DNA of 59,502 bases, from NCBI GenBank assembly GCA_043821725.1, contig JBDRCM010000002.1, positions 1 through 59,502 on the forward strand. Reading direction: 5' to 3'. A program made the position numbers and the translations under genes. The notes beneath the pieces are model-generated. The model was given only the letters and a program-made list of their open reading frames with translations. It did not search any database and was not told where the DNA came from. Below are positions 20,096-30,853 of the stretch, one piece after another (the stretch's first letter is position 1; each line of letters begins with the position of its first letter). The stretch comes from a bacterium (lineage in GTDB: Bacteria > Patescibacteriota > Patescibacteriia > Magasanikbacterales > GWA2-37-8).

Positions 20096-20489
20096 TCCTG
20101 GCTTTTTTTATTCTTATATTTGGCTCTCCATTATATTGCGGCTTAACAATGCCGTTTTTTTTCATTTTATGTATTTTTTTGAGCAAAAGTTCGCAATTAC
20201 ACGCAAGTTTATCGTCAACCCCCAGAACTGGAATTTTTAATGCAAATGCCAATGAATTTGCCGTTACAGTTGCAATTCTGGCTGATGTAAAAGTTGGATA
20301 ATCCTGTTTTATGGCAATGCCTGAAAGATCATTCAGATTGATTTTTTCTTTTATCAAAAAATCGCTTATGCAATTGAGAAGGTCAGGGAATTCACTTTCA
20401 ATCAACTTTTCCCTATAGCCGTTTATCTCAATCAATTTTAGCAATACTTGATTTTTTTTTGAAACGTCTATAAATATAATCATAAACAA
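20070..20489 (-). CDS. tsaB: TsaB/YeaZ-like protein (short form)
   Basis: IFIDVS start; GIAI...PTFTSARIATVTANSLAFALKIPVLGV corresponds to GPGSFTGLRIG..AKGLA; degenerate and short. Confidence 0.7.
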   Translation of the reverse strand: MFMIIFIDVSKKNQVLLKLIEINGYREKLIESEFPDLLNCISDFLIKEKINLNDLSGIAIKQDYPTFTSARIATVTANSLAFALKIPVLGVDDKLACNCELLLKKIHKMKKNGIVKPQYNGEPNIRIKKARISQIADHR

Positions 20490-20679
20490 TTCTAGTGGTT
20501 TTTTTTGAAAAACTGTTGTTTTATAACCAATTTTTCATTTGTTTGAAGTGATTTTTCTGTTAACAGGCTCAGTATATCATGAAAGAGCAAGGTTGACAAT
20601 AAAACTTGTATTTACCTGATATTTATGATACAATTCCGATGTTAAATTATAATATATATAATCTAAAAAAATTGTAAAT

Positions 20680-21918
20680 ATGCTAAACGATCCATTTGAG
20701 ATAGCTTTAAGGCAGTTGGAAAAAGTAAATAAATTTATAAACATAGAAGCAAATATTTACGCACAGCTCAAACAGCCGCACAGAGTATTGGAGGTCTCAA
20801 TACCGGTTAGAATGGATAATCGGGAAATAAAGGTTTTTACAGGTTATAGATCACAATATAATAACGCGCGTGGTCCGTACAAGGGAGGTATTCGATTTCA
20901 TCCAAATGTCACAAAGTCGGAAGTTGTTGCATTGAGCATGTGGATGACATGGAAGACAGCTGTAGTAAATATACCGCTTGGAGGCGGAAAAGGCGGAGTA
21001 ATAGTGAACCCAAAAGAACTAAGCGCCAATGAAATTGAAAAACTTTCTCGCGGATATTTAAAGGCGATGCATAAGTTTATAGGACGCACGCTTGACATTC
21101 CCGCGCCTGACGTTTACACTGATCCGCGCATCATGGGCTGGATGATGGATGAGTACGAAAAAATTATCGGCCATCATGCTCCGGGAATGATTACCGGAAA
21201 GCCACTTACAATAGGCGGTTCAGAAGCGCGCGCTTATTCAACCGCGCAAGGCGGATTTCATGTATTTTGTGAAGCAATATCAAAGCTGAAAATAAAAAAA
21301 TCGGAAGTTTCAATCGCAATACAGGGATTTGGAAATGCCGGATCAAACATGGCGCATTTAATAGCTCAGGTCGGCTACAAAGTTGTGGCAGTAAGCGATT
21401 CAAAAGGTGCCATATACAATCAAAAAGGGATTGATGTTGAGAAATTGATTAAACACAAGCAAAAAACCGGAACGGTTTTAAATTTTTCTGAATGCAAACG
21501 ATATGATGGAGATATAATTTCATTTAATGCCAGTGTTTTGGTTTTAGCCGCGTTGGAAAACGCCATTACTTTGGAAAATGTTCAGGAAGTCAAGTCAAAA
21601 CTGATCATTGAACTTGCCAATGGGCCAATAGTGCCTGAAGCGGATGACATACTGCTTGCAAACAACGTCTGCGTTGCTCCTGACATATTGGCAAACGCCG
21701 GCGGAGTAATTGTGAGTTATTTTGAACAAGTGCAGGATGCTTCAAATTATTATTGGAAGGAATATGAAGTTTTGGAAAAACTAAAGGAAACGATGATAAA
21801 TTCATTTAATTCTGTTTGGGATTATAAGATCAAATTTAAAACAAATTTAAGAATGGCGGCCTATGTTTTGGCTGTCTCCCGCGTTTCACAGGCAATGAAA
21901 GACAGGGGATGGAATTAA
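20680..21918 (+). CDS. gdhA: Glu/Leu/Phe/Val dehydrogenase (glutamate dehydrogenase)
   Basis: GPYKGGIRFHP, GGGKGG, DIPAPDV, IQGFGNAG, ELANGP, PDILANAGGV. Confidence 0.95.
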   Translation: MLNDPFEIALRQLEKVNKFINIEANIYAQLKQPHRVLEVSIPVRMDNREIKVFTGYRSQYNNARGPYKGGIRFHPNVTKSEVVALSMWMTWKTAVVNIPLGGGKGGVIVNPKELSANEIEKLSRGYLKAMHKFIGRTLDIPAPDVYTDPRIMGWMMDEYEKIIGHHAPGMITGKPLTIGGSEARAYSTAQGGFHVFCEAISKLKIKKSEVSIAIQGFGNAGSNMAHLIAQVGYKVVAVSDSKGAIYNQKGIDVEKLIKHKQKTGTVLNFSECKRYDGDIISFNASVLVLAALENAITLENVQEVKSKLIIELANGPIVPEADDILLANNVCVAPDILANAGGVIVSYFEQVQDASNYYWKEYEVLEKLKETMINSFNSVWDYKIKFKTNLRMAAYVLAVSRVSQAMKDRGWN

Positions 21919-21922
21919 TAAT

Positions 21923-22624
21923 ATGCTATCTTTTTTGTGGATTACATTGTTGTATCAACCGTTGTTTAACGCATTGGTATGGATATACGTTAACGTGGCC
22001 GGTGCAAATCTTGGATGGGCGGTAGTATGGCTCACGATTTTTTTGCGTATTGCATTGATGCCTTTAACAATAAAATCCGAGGTTGACGCAATTAAAAGAG
22101 AACGGGCTCAAGAAGAATCGCTTGAAGCAACTAAGCAATTTAGTTCGGATATTATTATAAGAAAGGAAGAAATAAGAAGGATAATGCGCAAAAATAAAAT
22201 ATCGCCATGGGCCAAAGTTTTAAGCTTGGGTATTCAGCTGTTGATTCTTGTATTGCTGTATCAGGTATTTATAGGTGGTATTGAAGGCAGGCGGGTTATA
22301 GCCACTCTTTACGATTGGGTTGATTATCCGGGCAAGCTGAACGCCGTATTTTACGGATTTGATATTGGCATCAGGCATGGTTATGTATGGTCGTCAATAG
22401 CGGCCTTGTATCTCTTTACATCAATTCTAATAAGCGAACGGACTAAAAAATGGGATATGCGCCGCGCTTCTTTCCTGTTTCTGTTCCCATTGGCAACATT
22501 TGGAGTGTTATGGTTTTTGCCGATGGTCAAGTCGCTTTTTATTTTGACTTCAATGATTTTCTCTGATATAATCTCAATAATTTTAAAACCGTTTATCAAT
22601 AAAAAAACAGTTAAAGATAACTGA
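21923..22624 (+). CDS. yidC: YidC/Oxa1-family membrane insertase
   Basis: YQPLFNAL...GWAVVWLTIFLRIALMPL, IQLLILVLLYQVF; multi-TM. Confidence 0.8.
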   Translation: MLSFLWITLLYQPLFNALVWIYVNVAGANLGWAVVWLTIFLRIALMPLTIKSEVDAIKRERAQEESLEATKQFSSDIIIRKEEIRRIMRKNKISPWAKVLSLGIQLLILVLLYQVFIGGIEGRRVIATLYDWVDYPGKLNAVFYGFDIGIRHGYVWSSIAALYLFTSILISERTKKWDMRRASFLFLFPLATFGVLWFLPMVKSLFILTSMIFSDIISIILKPFINKKTVKDN

Positions 22625-22645
22625 ATTTTGAATAATTAAAAAAAT

Positions 22646-23218
22646 ATGTCAGGTGATTCATTGGACAAATTAATGTACTCGTTTGTGTTGGAGGATGTAC
22701 TTAAAGGAGTATTCATAAACGTCCCTCCTGGATATGTTGCGTGTGTTTATGATTTAGGCAGGGGAGTGCTAAAAAAAGTATTAACTCCTGGTCTGCATTT
22801 AAAGATACCTTTTTGGCAAAAGGCGAAATTGTTTAATACGCAGACGCTTGAATACAGCATAAATCGCCAGTTTAAGTCGGAAAACGAAAAAGCACTCGGA
22901 GATATTCCAATTGCGGCTGTTACTCAGGATGAACAAAGGGTTGCAGTTGAAGGAACAATATTATTGCGCTTGGATGTGCATCAGATACCTTCAATTTGGC
23001 AGACAATTGGCGAGGATTTTGTGGCGAAAATTGTGCGCCCAACGATCAGAAGCCGAATAAGGATGGTATTTAGCAATTTTGACTATCAGGATATTATTAC
23101 AGGCAACAGGGATAATGTGGAGATGGAGCTTAAAAACGAGCTGGAGAGAATTTTTTATGCCAGAGGAATATATGTTGAAAATGTCTTGCTTAGTGAAATC
23201 GGTAGAATCAGCGTATAA
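22646..23218 (+). CDS. SPFH/Band-7 (prohibitin) domain protein
   Basis: VPPGYVACV, LTPGLHLKIPF, IVRPTIRSRIR, GIYVENVLLSEI. Confidence 0.85.
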   Translation: MSGDSLDKLMYSFVLEDVLKGVFINVPPGYVACVYDLGRGVLKKVLTPGLHLKIPFWQKAKLFNTQTLEYSINRQFKSENEKALGDIPIAAVTQDEQRVAVEGTILLRLDVHQIPSIWQTIGEDFVAKIVRPTIRSRIRMVFSNFDYQDIITGNRDNVEMELKNELERIFYARGIYVENVLLSEIGRISV

Positions 23219-24153
23219 TGTCCTCACTTATTTTTATGGATGAATATTTGGGTCATAACCATATAAAAAAATATTTTGATGAAGCCATTGATCATAAGAG
23301 TTTGGCTCATTGCCACTGTTTTTGCGGTCCTAAGGACGTTGGGAAGAGGCACATGGCTTTAAGCGTGGCATCAAAATTGCTTGGAATCCAGATTGAAAAA
23401 TTGTCCATGCATCCTGATTTTTATGAAGTTGACATTGAAATTGATCTAAAGAGTAAAAAAAAGAAAAAGAACATTTCCATTTCACAGGCAAGAGAGCTAA
23501 AAAGAAGCCTCAGTTCAAAGCCATGGCTTGCAGAATATCAAGTAGTAATTATTAACAGTGCCCACCTGTTAAGCCAAGGGGCCGGAAGCGCACTGCTTAA
23601 GCTTTTAGAAGAAAGCACAACAAATATTGTTTTTTTTCTGATTACTGAAAATGAAGAAATGTTGCTGTCAACAATTAAGTCAAGATCACAACTGTTGTTT
23701 TTTCAGACATTTTCGGATAGATACATTCAAAATCTTCTTATTAAAAAAGGAAATGCAAGTGAAGCCGCAGAATTGATAACCGGCTTTTCATGCGGAAGAC
23801 CGGCGCGCGCGCTAAAATTAACTGAAAATGATGATTTGCTGAACCAACAAATTATTCTTAAAAAGGAAGTTGAAGAAGTACTGAATGCTCCTTTAAGCAA
23901 AGCGCTCGCATTGATAAATAAAAAAGCAAAAGATTTGGTAAAAAAAGAAAAAGAGGAGACAATAAATTTTTTGGAATTGATGCAGATGATATGCCGCAAA
24001 AAAATGCTGAATGCGGCTAATGGCGATAACGATCGCTTGAACCGATTAAAGGCAATGAGCGTGATTGACCATATTGAAACGGCTAAGAAAAAGTTGCATT
24101 CAAATGCCAATACTCCACTTGTTTTTGACGAAATAATATTAACCGCAATATGA
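23218..24153 (+). CDS. holB: DNA polymerase III delta' subunit
   Basis: HCHCFCGPKDVGK, HPDF, ISISQAREL, ALLKLLEE, LLSTIKSR. Confidence 0.85.
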   Translation: MSSLIFMDEYLGHNHIKKYFDEAIDHKSLAHCHCFCGPKDVGKRHMALSVASKLLGIQIEKLSMHPDFYEVDIEIDLKSKKKKKNISISQARELKRSLSSKPWLAEYQVVIINSAHLLSQGAGSALLKLLEESTTNIVFFLITENEEMLLSTIKSRSQLLFFQTFSDRYIQNLLIKKGNASEAAELITGFSCGRPARALKLTENDDLLNQQIILKKEVEEVLNAPLSKALALINKKAKDLVKKEKEETINFLELMQMICRKKMLNAANGDNDRLNRLKAMSVIDHIETAKKKLHSNANTPLVFDEIILTAI

Positions 24154-25289
24154 TTATAAAAAATAGAAAAAAAATCAGCGCTCTGGCCGTGTCATTTTTT
24201 TGCCTTTTTTTCTTGACAGGAGTTGGGTGTATAAATTTTTCATCGCAGAGTCAAGGAGTGATGGGAATGTACAGATCTGAAAATAAAGGAGAAGCATGGG
24301 CGCAGATTACGTCCATGCCAACGTTGGAAGGAGTAAAAAATTTGTCCGGCTTGTCCGTGTATAATATGTTTTTTGATCCAAGCGATGACGATGCCATTTA
24401 TTTGGCAACGCGTGGCCAGGGATTGTATTATAGCTATAACAAGGGAGACAGCTGGCAGAGTTCACCGCACATGAACAACAAATATATTTACTCTGTAGTT
24501 GTTGATCCTGCGGATAAGTGTACTATTTACGCTACAGACGGACCGCATATTTTCAAAACAAACGATTGTTTGCGATCATGGAGTTTGGTGTTTACAGAAG
24601 AGAGATTAAATGAACGTTTGGTTGATCTGGCTGTGGATCCTGATAATTCAGATATAGTTTATGGCGCTCAATTGAATGGCGATGTGTTGCGTAGCGAGGA
24701 TGCGGGAAAGAGCTGGAGAATAATAAAGCGCTTTGGTTTTGGAATACGCGATCTTGTTATAGATAAGGTTGATTCAAATACCAAAAGAATTTATGTTGCG
24801 GCTTATAAAGACGGGCTTTACAGGTCAGATGACAGTGGGATAGAGTGGATTAACTTAAGTGTTGGTTTTGACGGCTTCAACGACAGCAAGCAGTTTAATA
24901 GGATTGTGATGAATAACAATAAGAAGGACAGTTTGTTTTGGATATCAAAGTACGGTATATTGCGATCGGATGATGCTGGCAAAACATGGAAAAGCATATC
25001 CTTGCTTACGCCTCCCGGCAGTGTTGACATATATGGTTTTGCAGTGAGTCCGAAAAACGACAAAGAGATATATTACACAGGTACTGTGCTTGACAACAAG
25101 AAAAAGAATTTAAAGTCAACTTTTTACATTTCCAGCGATGGTGGAAACAATTGGGTGACACGACAGCTTCCCACCAACACAGTGCCGGTCAGCTTGTATA
25201 TTTACAAAAAAAATACATCAATGCTTTTTTTGGGATTTACATTATTTGACAGCACAGCGTCGGTTCAAACTAAGCAATTTGGAATTTAA
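24150..25289 (+). CDS. Secreted BNR-repeat beta-propeller lipoprotein
   Basis: Lipobox LTGVGC; repeated SxDxGxxW Asp-box motifs. Confidence 0.85.
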   Translation: MIIKNRKKISALAVSFFCLFFLTGVGCINFSSQSQGVMGMYRSENKGEAWAQITSMPTLEGVKNLSGLSVYNMFFDPSDDDAIYLATRGQGLYYSYNKGDSWQSSPHMNNKYIYSVVVDPADKCTIYATDGPHIFKTNDCLRSWSLVFTEERLNERLVDLAVDPDNSDIVYGAQLNGDVLRSEDAGKSWRIIKRFGFGIRDLVIDKVDSNTKRIYVAAYKDGLYRSDDSGIEWINLSVGFDGFNDSKQFNRIVMNNNKKDSLFWISKYGILRSDDAGKTWKSISLLTPPGSVDIYGFAVSPKNDKEIYYTGTVLDNKKKNLKSTFYISSDGGNNWVTRQLPTNTVPVSLYIYKKNTSMLFLGFTLFDSTASVQTKQFGI

Positions 25290-25299
25290 CAACAAGATT

Positions 25300-25848
25300 A
25301 TGAACATTGATTCATTTACTCAGGAATTTGAAAAATCAATTGAATACTTGAAAAATGATATTTCCGGACTTCGCACCGGAAGAGCTTCAGCAGTGATTGT
25401 TGATGGAATACACGTAGAAGCATATGGGGTCAAACAGCCGATTAAGTCGGTTGGCACTATTAATGTACCTGATTCAAAAACAGTAACAATTGAGCCGTGG
25501 GACAAGAGTTTAATGGCAAATATTGAAAAAGCGATCAAAGAGTCATCAGTTGGAATCAATCCTGTAAATAACGGCCAACAGATAATTTTAGCATTGCCTG
25601 ATTTAACTTCCGAAAGAAGAGCCGAGCTTATAAAGGTTTTGCATCAAAAATTAGAAAATGCAAAAATCTCTGTTCGCAAGATTAGGGAAGAAGCAAGAGA
25701 TCAAATTATTAAATCGGAAAAAAACAAAGAAATAGGGGAAGATGATAAATTTCGCCTGCAGGAGGAGCTGGATAAGAAAGTTAAGGATTACAACGATAAA
25801 ATAAAATCAATAGGTGACGAAAAGGAAAAAGAAATAAACCAAATTTAG
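25300..25848 (+). CDS. frr: Ribosome recycling factor
   Basis: LRTGRAS, IEPWDKS, LPDLTSERR, KISVRKIR. Confidence 0.96.
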   Translation: MNIDSFTQEFEKSIEYLKNDISGLRTGRASAVIVDGIHVEAYGVKQPIKSVGTINVPDSKTVTIEPWDKSLMANIEKAIKESSVGINPVNNGQQIILALPDLTSERRAELIKVLHQKLENAKISVRKIREEARDQIIKSEKNKEIGEDDKFRLQEELDKKVKDYNDKIKSIGDEKEKEINQI

Positions 25849-25861
25849 AGATTAATTTAAT

Positions 25862-27232
25862 ATGGGTTTAACACTTGACACAATAGTATCTTTTGCCAAA
25901 CAGCGCGGTTTTATTTTCCCATCAGCTGAAATTTATGGAGGACTTTCTTCATGCTATGATTACGGGCCTCTTGGAATTGAATTGAAAAATAACATTAAAA
26001 AAGCATGGTGGAAATCAATGATTCAGCAAAGAAACGACATCGTAGGCCTTGATTCCGCGATATTAACGCCTAAAATAGTATGGCAGGCAAGTGGCCATCT
26101 GCAGAACTTCCACGATCCTCTTGTTGAATGTTTGGCATGCCATCGCCGATTCAGAGCCGATCATTTGCTTGAGGCCACTCGCGCGGTTCCCGGTTATATG
26201 AAGGAACAGCCATTGGACATTTCAAATATTGATTGCCCTGAATGCGGGGGTAAGTTGGCTGAGCCAAAAAATTTTAACTTGCTGATGAAGACCGAGCTTG
26301 GAGCGGTTGAAGGAAATACATCTCAGGCGTATTTAAGGGGCGAAACATGCCAAGGAATTTATTTGAATTTTTTGAACGTATTGGACACATCCAGAAAAAA
26401 AATTCCATTTGGAATAGCCCAGATCGGCAAGGCATTTCGAAATGAAATAACCACCAAGAGTTTTACTTTCCGTACGCGTGAATTTGAGCAAATGGAAATG
26501 CAGTATTTTGTCAATCCTGCGGACGGGGCAAAACATTTTGAATACTGGAAAGACCAGCGCTGGAAATGGTTTATGGACATGGGCATGAAAAAGCAAAATT
26601 TAAGATGGCGCCAGCATGAGCCGGATGAATTGGTTTTTTATGCCAAAGCGGCTTGGGATATTGAATATAATTTTTCATGGAGCGGCTGGAGCGAGATGGC
26701 AGGTGTCCATTACAGGGAAGGGGATTTGGAAAGGCACATGCAACATTCCGGAAAAGACATGTCATACAAGGATGCTCAACTTGACAAGAGTTTTATTCCA
26801 CACATAGTTGAAACGTCAGATGGCGTTGATCGCGCGGCGCTTATGTTCTTGATAGATGCTTATGAAGAAGTTGATACAAGAAGTGGACAAAAAAACAGCA
26901 AGCACGAAAAGGAAGTGATTTTGAAATTGCATAAGGAATTGGCTCCGATTAAAATAGCAATTTTGCCGTTAATGAAAAAAGAACCGCTTCAAAACTTGGC
27001 TTTGCAAGTTCAGACCTTGCTTTGGGGCAATTGGATGACACAGTATGACGAAACCACCAATATTGGAAAGCGATATAGGAGACAGGATGAAATAGGCACT
27101 CCATATTGCGTTACAATTGATTATGACAGTTTAGATGACAACTGCGTCACGGTCCGCGACCGCGACACAATGGAGCAGGAGCGTGTTTCAATTTCTGAAT
27201 TGAACAGGTTTTTTGAAAGTAAATTTAATTAG
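25862..27232 (+). CDS. glyQS: Glycine-tRNA ligase (alpha2 type)
   Basis: RGFIFPSAEIYGG, YLRGETCQG, GKAFRNEI, FRTREFEQME, IGKRYRRQDEIGTP. Confidence 0.97.
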   Translation: MGLTLDTIVSFAKQRGFIFPSAEIYGGLSSCYDYGPLGIELKNNIKKAWWKSMIQQRNDIVGLDSAILTPKIVWQASGHLQNFHDPLVECLACHRRFRADHLLEATRAVPGYMKEQPLDISNIDCPECGGKLAEPKNFNLLMKTELGAVEGNTSQAYLRGETCQGIYLNFLNVLDTSRKKIPFGIAQIGKAFRNEITTKSFTFRTREFEQMEMQYFVNPADGAKHFEYWKDQRWKWFMDMGMKKQNLRWRQHEPDELVFYAKAAWDIEYNFSWSGWSEMAGVHYREGDLERHMQHSGKDMSYKDAQLDKSFIPHIVETSDGVDRAALMFLIDAYEEVDTRSGQKNSKHEKEVILKLHKELAPIKIAILPLMKKEPLQNLALQVQTLLWGNWMTQYDETTNIGKRYRRQDEIGTPYCVTIDYDSLDDNCVTVRDRDTMEQERVSISELNRFFESKFN

Positions 27233-27251
27233 CGCAACGGACGAAATAATT

Positions 27252-28532
27252 ATGAAAAAAGCCCACACGCTGAAAAACGGACTAAAATACATTAAGATAC
27301 CATTGCAATCGACAAAAGCCATTACTCTAATGGCTTTATTTCCTGTTGGCTCAAGATATGAAAATAAGAAGATATCAGGCGCCTCGCATTTTGTTGAGCA
27401 TATGTTATTCAAGGGTACAAAAAAGAGGCCTACTTACATTGACATCTCAAAAGAACTGGATTCAGTGGGTGCTGAATACAATGCATTCACAAACAAGGAT
27501 TATACCGGATACTATATTAAAATCAACAGTGCCAAGCAGGAGCTTGCTTTTGATATGCTTTCGGACATATTATTCAATTCTAATTTTGACAAAGAAGAGG
27601 TTGAGAAGGAAAAGGGAGTTATAGTTGAGGAATTGCGCATGTATGAAGACAATCCAACATATGCGGTTGACAATCTTTTTGATCAAACTTTTTTCAGAGA
27701 TCATCCGCTTGGGTGGGATATAGGCGGAACAATAAAAACCGTTAAAGGGATAAGCAGAGACGAGCTTTACGATTATTATAAAAAATATTATCATGTTGGC
27801 AACATGATTTTGGTCGTATCCGGTAATATTGATAAAAAAGATTTTTTTAAGAATATTAAATATTTTAATGTTCACTCGGATAAAGCAATCGGTTTAAAAA
27901 AAGTGCGAGCATACAAGAAATATACTTTTCCAAAAGGAAAAATATCACCAAGCAACAGAGTGGGTATTAAAAGAAAAAAAACAGACCAAGCTCACGTTGT
28001 GTTGGGATTTCCGGGATTAAGGCACGACCATAAAGATAAATATGCATTGGCAGTACTCACTTCAATTTTAAGCGGTGGCATGAGCTCGCGTTTATTTGTT
28101 GAAGTTAGAGAGAAGAGAGGGTTGGCTTACGCAATTGGAGCCGGCGTTTCGCCTTATCGCGATGTCGGAGTGTTTGAAATAAAAGCCGGACTTGATCCGG
28201 CTCGCCTTGAAGAAGCCATGCGAGTAATTAGAGATGAACTTATTAAAATAAAGAAGCAGACGGTTTCAATCCGCGAATTAACGGACGCCAAAAATTATAT
28301 AATCGGGCATATGGCTCTCTCTTTGGAAGACAGCAGTACTCAAGCTGAATGGCATGCCAAAGGTTTTTGGTTCAATAAAAAAATTTTTTCCTATTCGCAA
28401 GTTGCAAGAGAAATAAAAAAAGTGAGTCAAGAAGATGTTAGAGCTTTGGCCGGTCGTATTTTTGACATAGATAATATGCGCATGGCCGTAATCAGCAATC
28501 TTACAAAGCAAAAATTATTAAAGATAATTTAA
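27252..28532 (+). CDS. M16-family zinc peptidase
   Basis: HFVEH (HxxEH), NAFT, GGMSSRLFVEVREKRGLAY. Confidence 0.93.
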   Translation: MKKAHTLKNGLKYIKIPLQSTKAITLMALFPVGSRYENKKISGASHFVEHMLFKGTKKRPTYIDISKELDSVGAEYNAFTNKDYTGYYIKINSAKQELAFDMLSDILFNSNFDKEEVEKEKGVIVEELRMYEDNPTYAVDNLFDQTFFRDHPLGWDIGGTIKTVKGISRDELYDYYKKYYHVGNMILVVSGNIDKKDFFKNIKYFNVHSDKAIGLKKVRAYKKYTFPKGKISPSNRVGIKRKKTDQAHVVLGFPGLRHDHKDKYALAVLTSILSGGMSSRLFVEVREKRGLAYAIGAGVSPYRDVGVFEIKAGLDPARLEEAMRVIRDELIKIKKQTVSIRELTDAKNYIIGHMALSLEDSSTQAEWHAKGFWFNKKIFSYSQVAREIKKVSQEDVRALAGRIFDIDNMRMAVISNLTKQKLLKII

Positions 28533-28544
28533 TAGCTTGGATTT

Positions 28545-29291
28545 ATGAAAAAAAAATATTTTTTTGCAAATTGGAAAATGTATTTAAATAATAGCGAAAG
28601 CATTGCTTTAGCTTCATGGATGGCTGACAATTCAGGTAATTTTGACAAGAATTTTGAATTGGCAGTTTTTCCGACCAATCTATCGCTTGTCGCTGTTAAG
28701 AATAGGATAAAAGAGAGCAATATCAAGATTGGTGCGCAAAATTCCTATTGGCTCAATGAGGGAGGGTACACAGGTGAAGTTTCAGTCGGCATGTTAAAAG
28801 AAGTCGGATGTTCATACGTGCTGGTTGGCCATTCTGAGCGCAGGCATCTTTTCAATGAAACAAATGAACAAGTTGGAAAGAAAATTTCTTCCGCAGTATT
28901 GAATAACATGATTCCGGTGTTGTGCGTTGGAGAAACAAAGCAACAAAGAGAGGACAATTATCAAGAAATAATAGTAAAAAAGCAGATTGAAGAAGCGCTT
29001 TCCAACATTGACTTAAACGAAATTTCTTTATTTATTGCTTATGAGCCAGTATGGGCCGTTGGATCCGGAAAGAATTGCAGTCTTTTTGAAGCTGAACAAA
29101 TGCATGATATTATTGGAAAGATTGTTGGTCAATTCAGCTCTAATTACAAAATATTGTATGGTGGAAGTGTAAGGCCTGAAAATATTAATGAATATATACA
29201 GAGCGACATTATAGATGGCGTATTAGTCGGCGGAGCTTCAACTAAAAAAGATGCCCTTGCAAATATGCTTGGAATGTCCAATTCAATTTGA
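28545..29291 (+). CDS. tpiA: Triosephosphate isomerase
   Basis: ANWKM, GHSERR, AYEPVWAVG, LYGGSV, GVLVGGAS. Confidence 0.98.
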   Translation: MKKKYFFANWKMYLNNSESIALASWMADNSGNFDKNFELAVFPTNLSLVAVKNRIKESNIKIGAQNSYWLNEGGYTGEVSVGMLKEVGCSYVLVGHSERRHLFNETNEQVGKKISSAVLNNMIPVLCVGETKQQREDNYQEIIVKKQIEEALSNIDLNEISLFIAYEPVWAVGSGKNCSLFEAEQMHDIIGKIVGQFSSNYKILYGGSVRPENINEYIQSDIIDGVLVGGASTKKDALANMLGMSNSI

Positions 29292-29292
29292 T

Positions 29293-30192
29293 ATGACAAT
29301 CACAATTATATTTTTGTTGTTAATAATAGTCCCTCTCTTAGTCATAGGCGTAATAGTGTGTAGAAAGATACCGCAGTTAACAATTGTTGATCTTGAGAAT
29401 TTAAAGCTCGAGCGCTCCCTTGTAAGAAAAAAAGAAATTATCAGAAAAAGGATTGAAGAAAAAGGAAGGAAGATCCGTGCCAAACTTGGTTCAACGGCAA
29501 CGCCAATAAAGAAATTATGGGGAAAAGCTCAATTGGCATTCCGTGTTTATTTTGGAAAAGTGCATCGGCTTTGGCAACATGAGCAGATAATAAAAAGCAA
29601 AGAAGAAAAAAAGAAAAATTTATTGAAGCATGAAGAACAGCTTGAATCATATATTCAATCCGGAGAAGCATGCCTTAAAAATGAAGAATATGAAAAAGCT
29701 GAGGGTTGTTTTCTTTCAGCAATAAGCATTGATCAGAAGTGCATTTCAGCATATCGTGGGTTGGGGGATACATATTTTGCCAAAAAAGAATTGAATGAAG
29801 CAAGGCAAACCTATAGATTTTTGGTAAACCTTGATAAAGAAGATGATTCAACATATATAAAATTGGGTGAAATTGCAGAAAGCCAAGGCGATGTTGAGGA
29901 TGCTATTGAATATTATTCGCGCGCAATCGAGATAAATGGAGCAGTTGCTGAAAGATATTTTCATATTGCCCAGTTGCTTCAAGCCGCTTCAAGATTTTCC
30001 GAAGCATTGGATTATATAACTCAGGCAATTACAATTGACTCGCACAATCCTCGCTATCTTGACTTATTGACTGAAATTGCTATAATATGCGGAAATAGAA
30101 TGGTAGCACATGAGGCATTTGAGAAGTTGCGCCTTGTTAATCCGGAAAATAACAAGCTTGATTCTTTTAAAGAAAGGATTGAAAAAATTTAG
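29293..30192 (+). CDS. Membrane-anchored TPR protein
   Basis: N-terminal TM followed by multiple TPR helices (AYRGLGDTY, AIEYYSRAIEIN). Confidence 0.85.
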   Translation: MTITIIFLLLIIVPLLVIGVIVCRKIPQLTIVDLENLKLERSLVRKKEIIRKRIEEKGRKIRAKLGSTATPIKKLWGKAQLAFRVYFGKVHRLWQHEQIIKSKEEKKKNLLKHEEQLESYIQSGEACLKNEEYEKAEGCFLSAISIDQKCISAYRGLGDTYFAKKELNEARQTYRFLVNLDKEDDSTYIKLGEIAESQGDVEDAIEYYSRAIEINGAVAERYFHIAQLLQAASRFSEALDYITQAITIDSHNPRYLDLLTEIAIICGNRMVAHEAFEKLRLVNPENNKLDSFKERIEKI

Positions 30193-30225
30193 TATTAGGA
30201 CAGACAGCAAGAAGCTGTTGGCTTA

Positions 30226-30311
30226 GGGTCGGTACCAAAGCGGTCAAATGGGGCAGACTGTAAATCTGCTGGCTTACGCCTTCGTAGGTTCAAATCCTAC
30301 CCGGCCCACCA
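30226..30311 (+). tRNA. tRNA-Tyr(GTA)
   Basis: Cloverleaf with anticodon loop CT-GTA-AA, long variable arm, encoded CCA. Confidence 0.96.
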
Positions 30312-30314
30312 AGC

Positions 30315-30387
30315 GCCACCTTAGCTCAGTTGGTAGAGCATCGGTTTTGTAAACCGCAGGTCGTCGGTTCGAGTCCGACAGGTGGCT
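30315..30387 (+). tRNA. tRNA-Thr(TGT)
   Basis: GCCACCT/AGGTGGC acceptor stem, loop TT-TGT-AA, GGTTCGAGTCC T arm. Confidence 0.94.
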
Positions 30388-30406
30388 CACGTGCGATGAT
30401 ATATAA

Positions 30407-30479
30407 GCCCATGTAGCTCAGTTGGTAGAGCACTTCCATGGTAAGGAAGTGGTCAGCGGTTCGAGTCCGCTCGTGGGCT
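30407..30479 (+). tRNA. tRNA-Thr(GGT)
   Basis: GCCCATG/CGTGGGC acceptor stem, CTTCC-ATGGTAA-GGAAG anticodon arm. Confidence 0.94.
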
Positions 30480-30576
30480 CAAGCGGGGGCGTGCATGCGA
30501 TTAAGTCGCCTGCAATTTAAGAAAAATATTTACGTAATAAATTACCCAATTAATTACGTAATTAATTATTAAAAAT

Positions 30577-30741
30577 ATGCCATCAAAAGAAAGAGAAAAC
30601 AAGGTTAAACTCCAGTGCACGGAGTGTAAGTCAGTGGAAAATTTTACAAGAAAGAATAAAAAGACATTAAAAGAGCGTCTTGAATTGAAAAAATACTGCA
30701 AAAAATGCAAAAAGCATACATTGCACAAGGAAACCAAGTAA
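30577..30741 (+). CDS. rpmG: 50S ribosomal protein L33 (zinc-ribbon form)
   Basis: Manual translation [54 protein letters not shown]; lies before tRNA-Trp as usual. Confidence 0.96.
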   Translation: MPSKERENKVKLQCTECKSVENFTRKNKKTLKERLELKKYCKKCKKHTLHKETK

Positions 30742-30782
30742 AAAAACGGGCGGATTATCTCGTTTCTGCCCGTCATTTTAAA

Positions 30783-30853
30783 GGGCGAGTGGTGTAGTGG
30801 TAACACAGGGGTCTCCAAAACCTCTGACGAGGGTTCGATTCCTTCCTCGCCTG
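30783..30853 (+). tRNA. tRNA-Trp(CCA)
   Basis: GGGCGAG/CTCGCCT acceptor stem, loop CT-CCA-AA, GGTTCGATTCC T arm. Confidence 0.95.

Noticed and set aside
30529-30567. AATTAATTACGTAATTAATT palindrome before rpmG as an operator or dif site
   Set aside because: Low-complexity AT palindrome with no XerC/XerD consensus; no further support
30501-30818. 105-aa minus-strand ORF
   Set aside because: Antisense shadow of rpmG and tRNA-Trp
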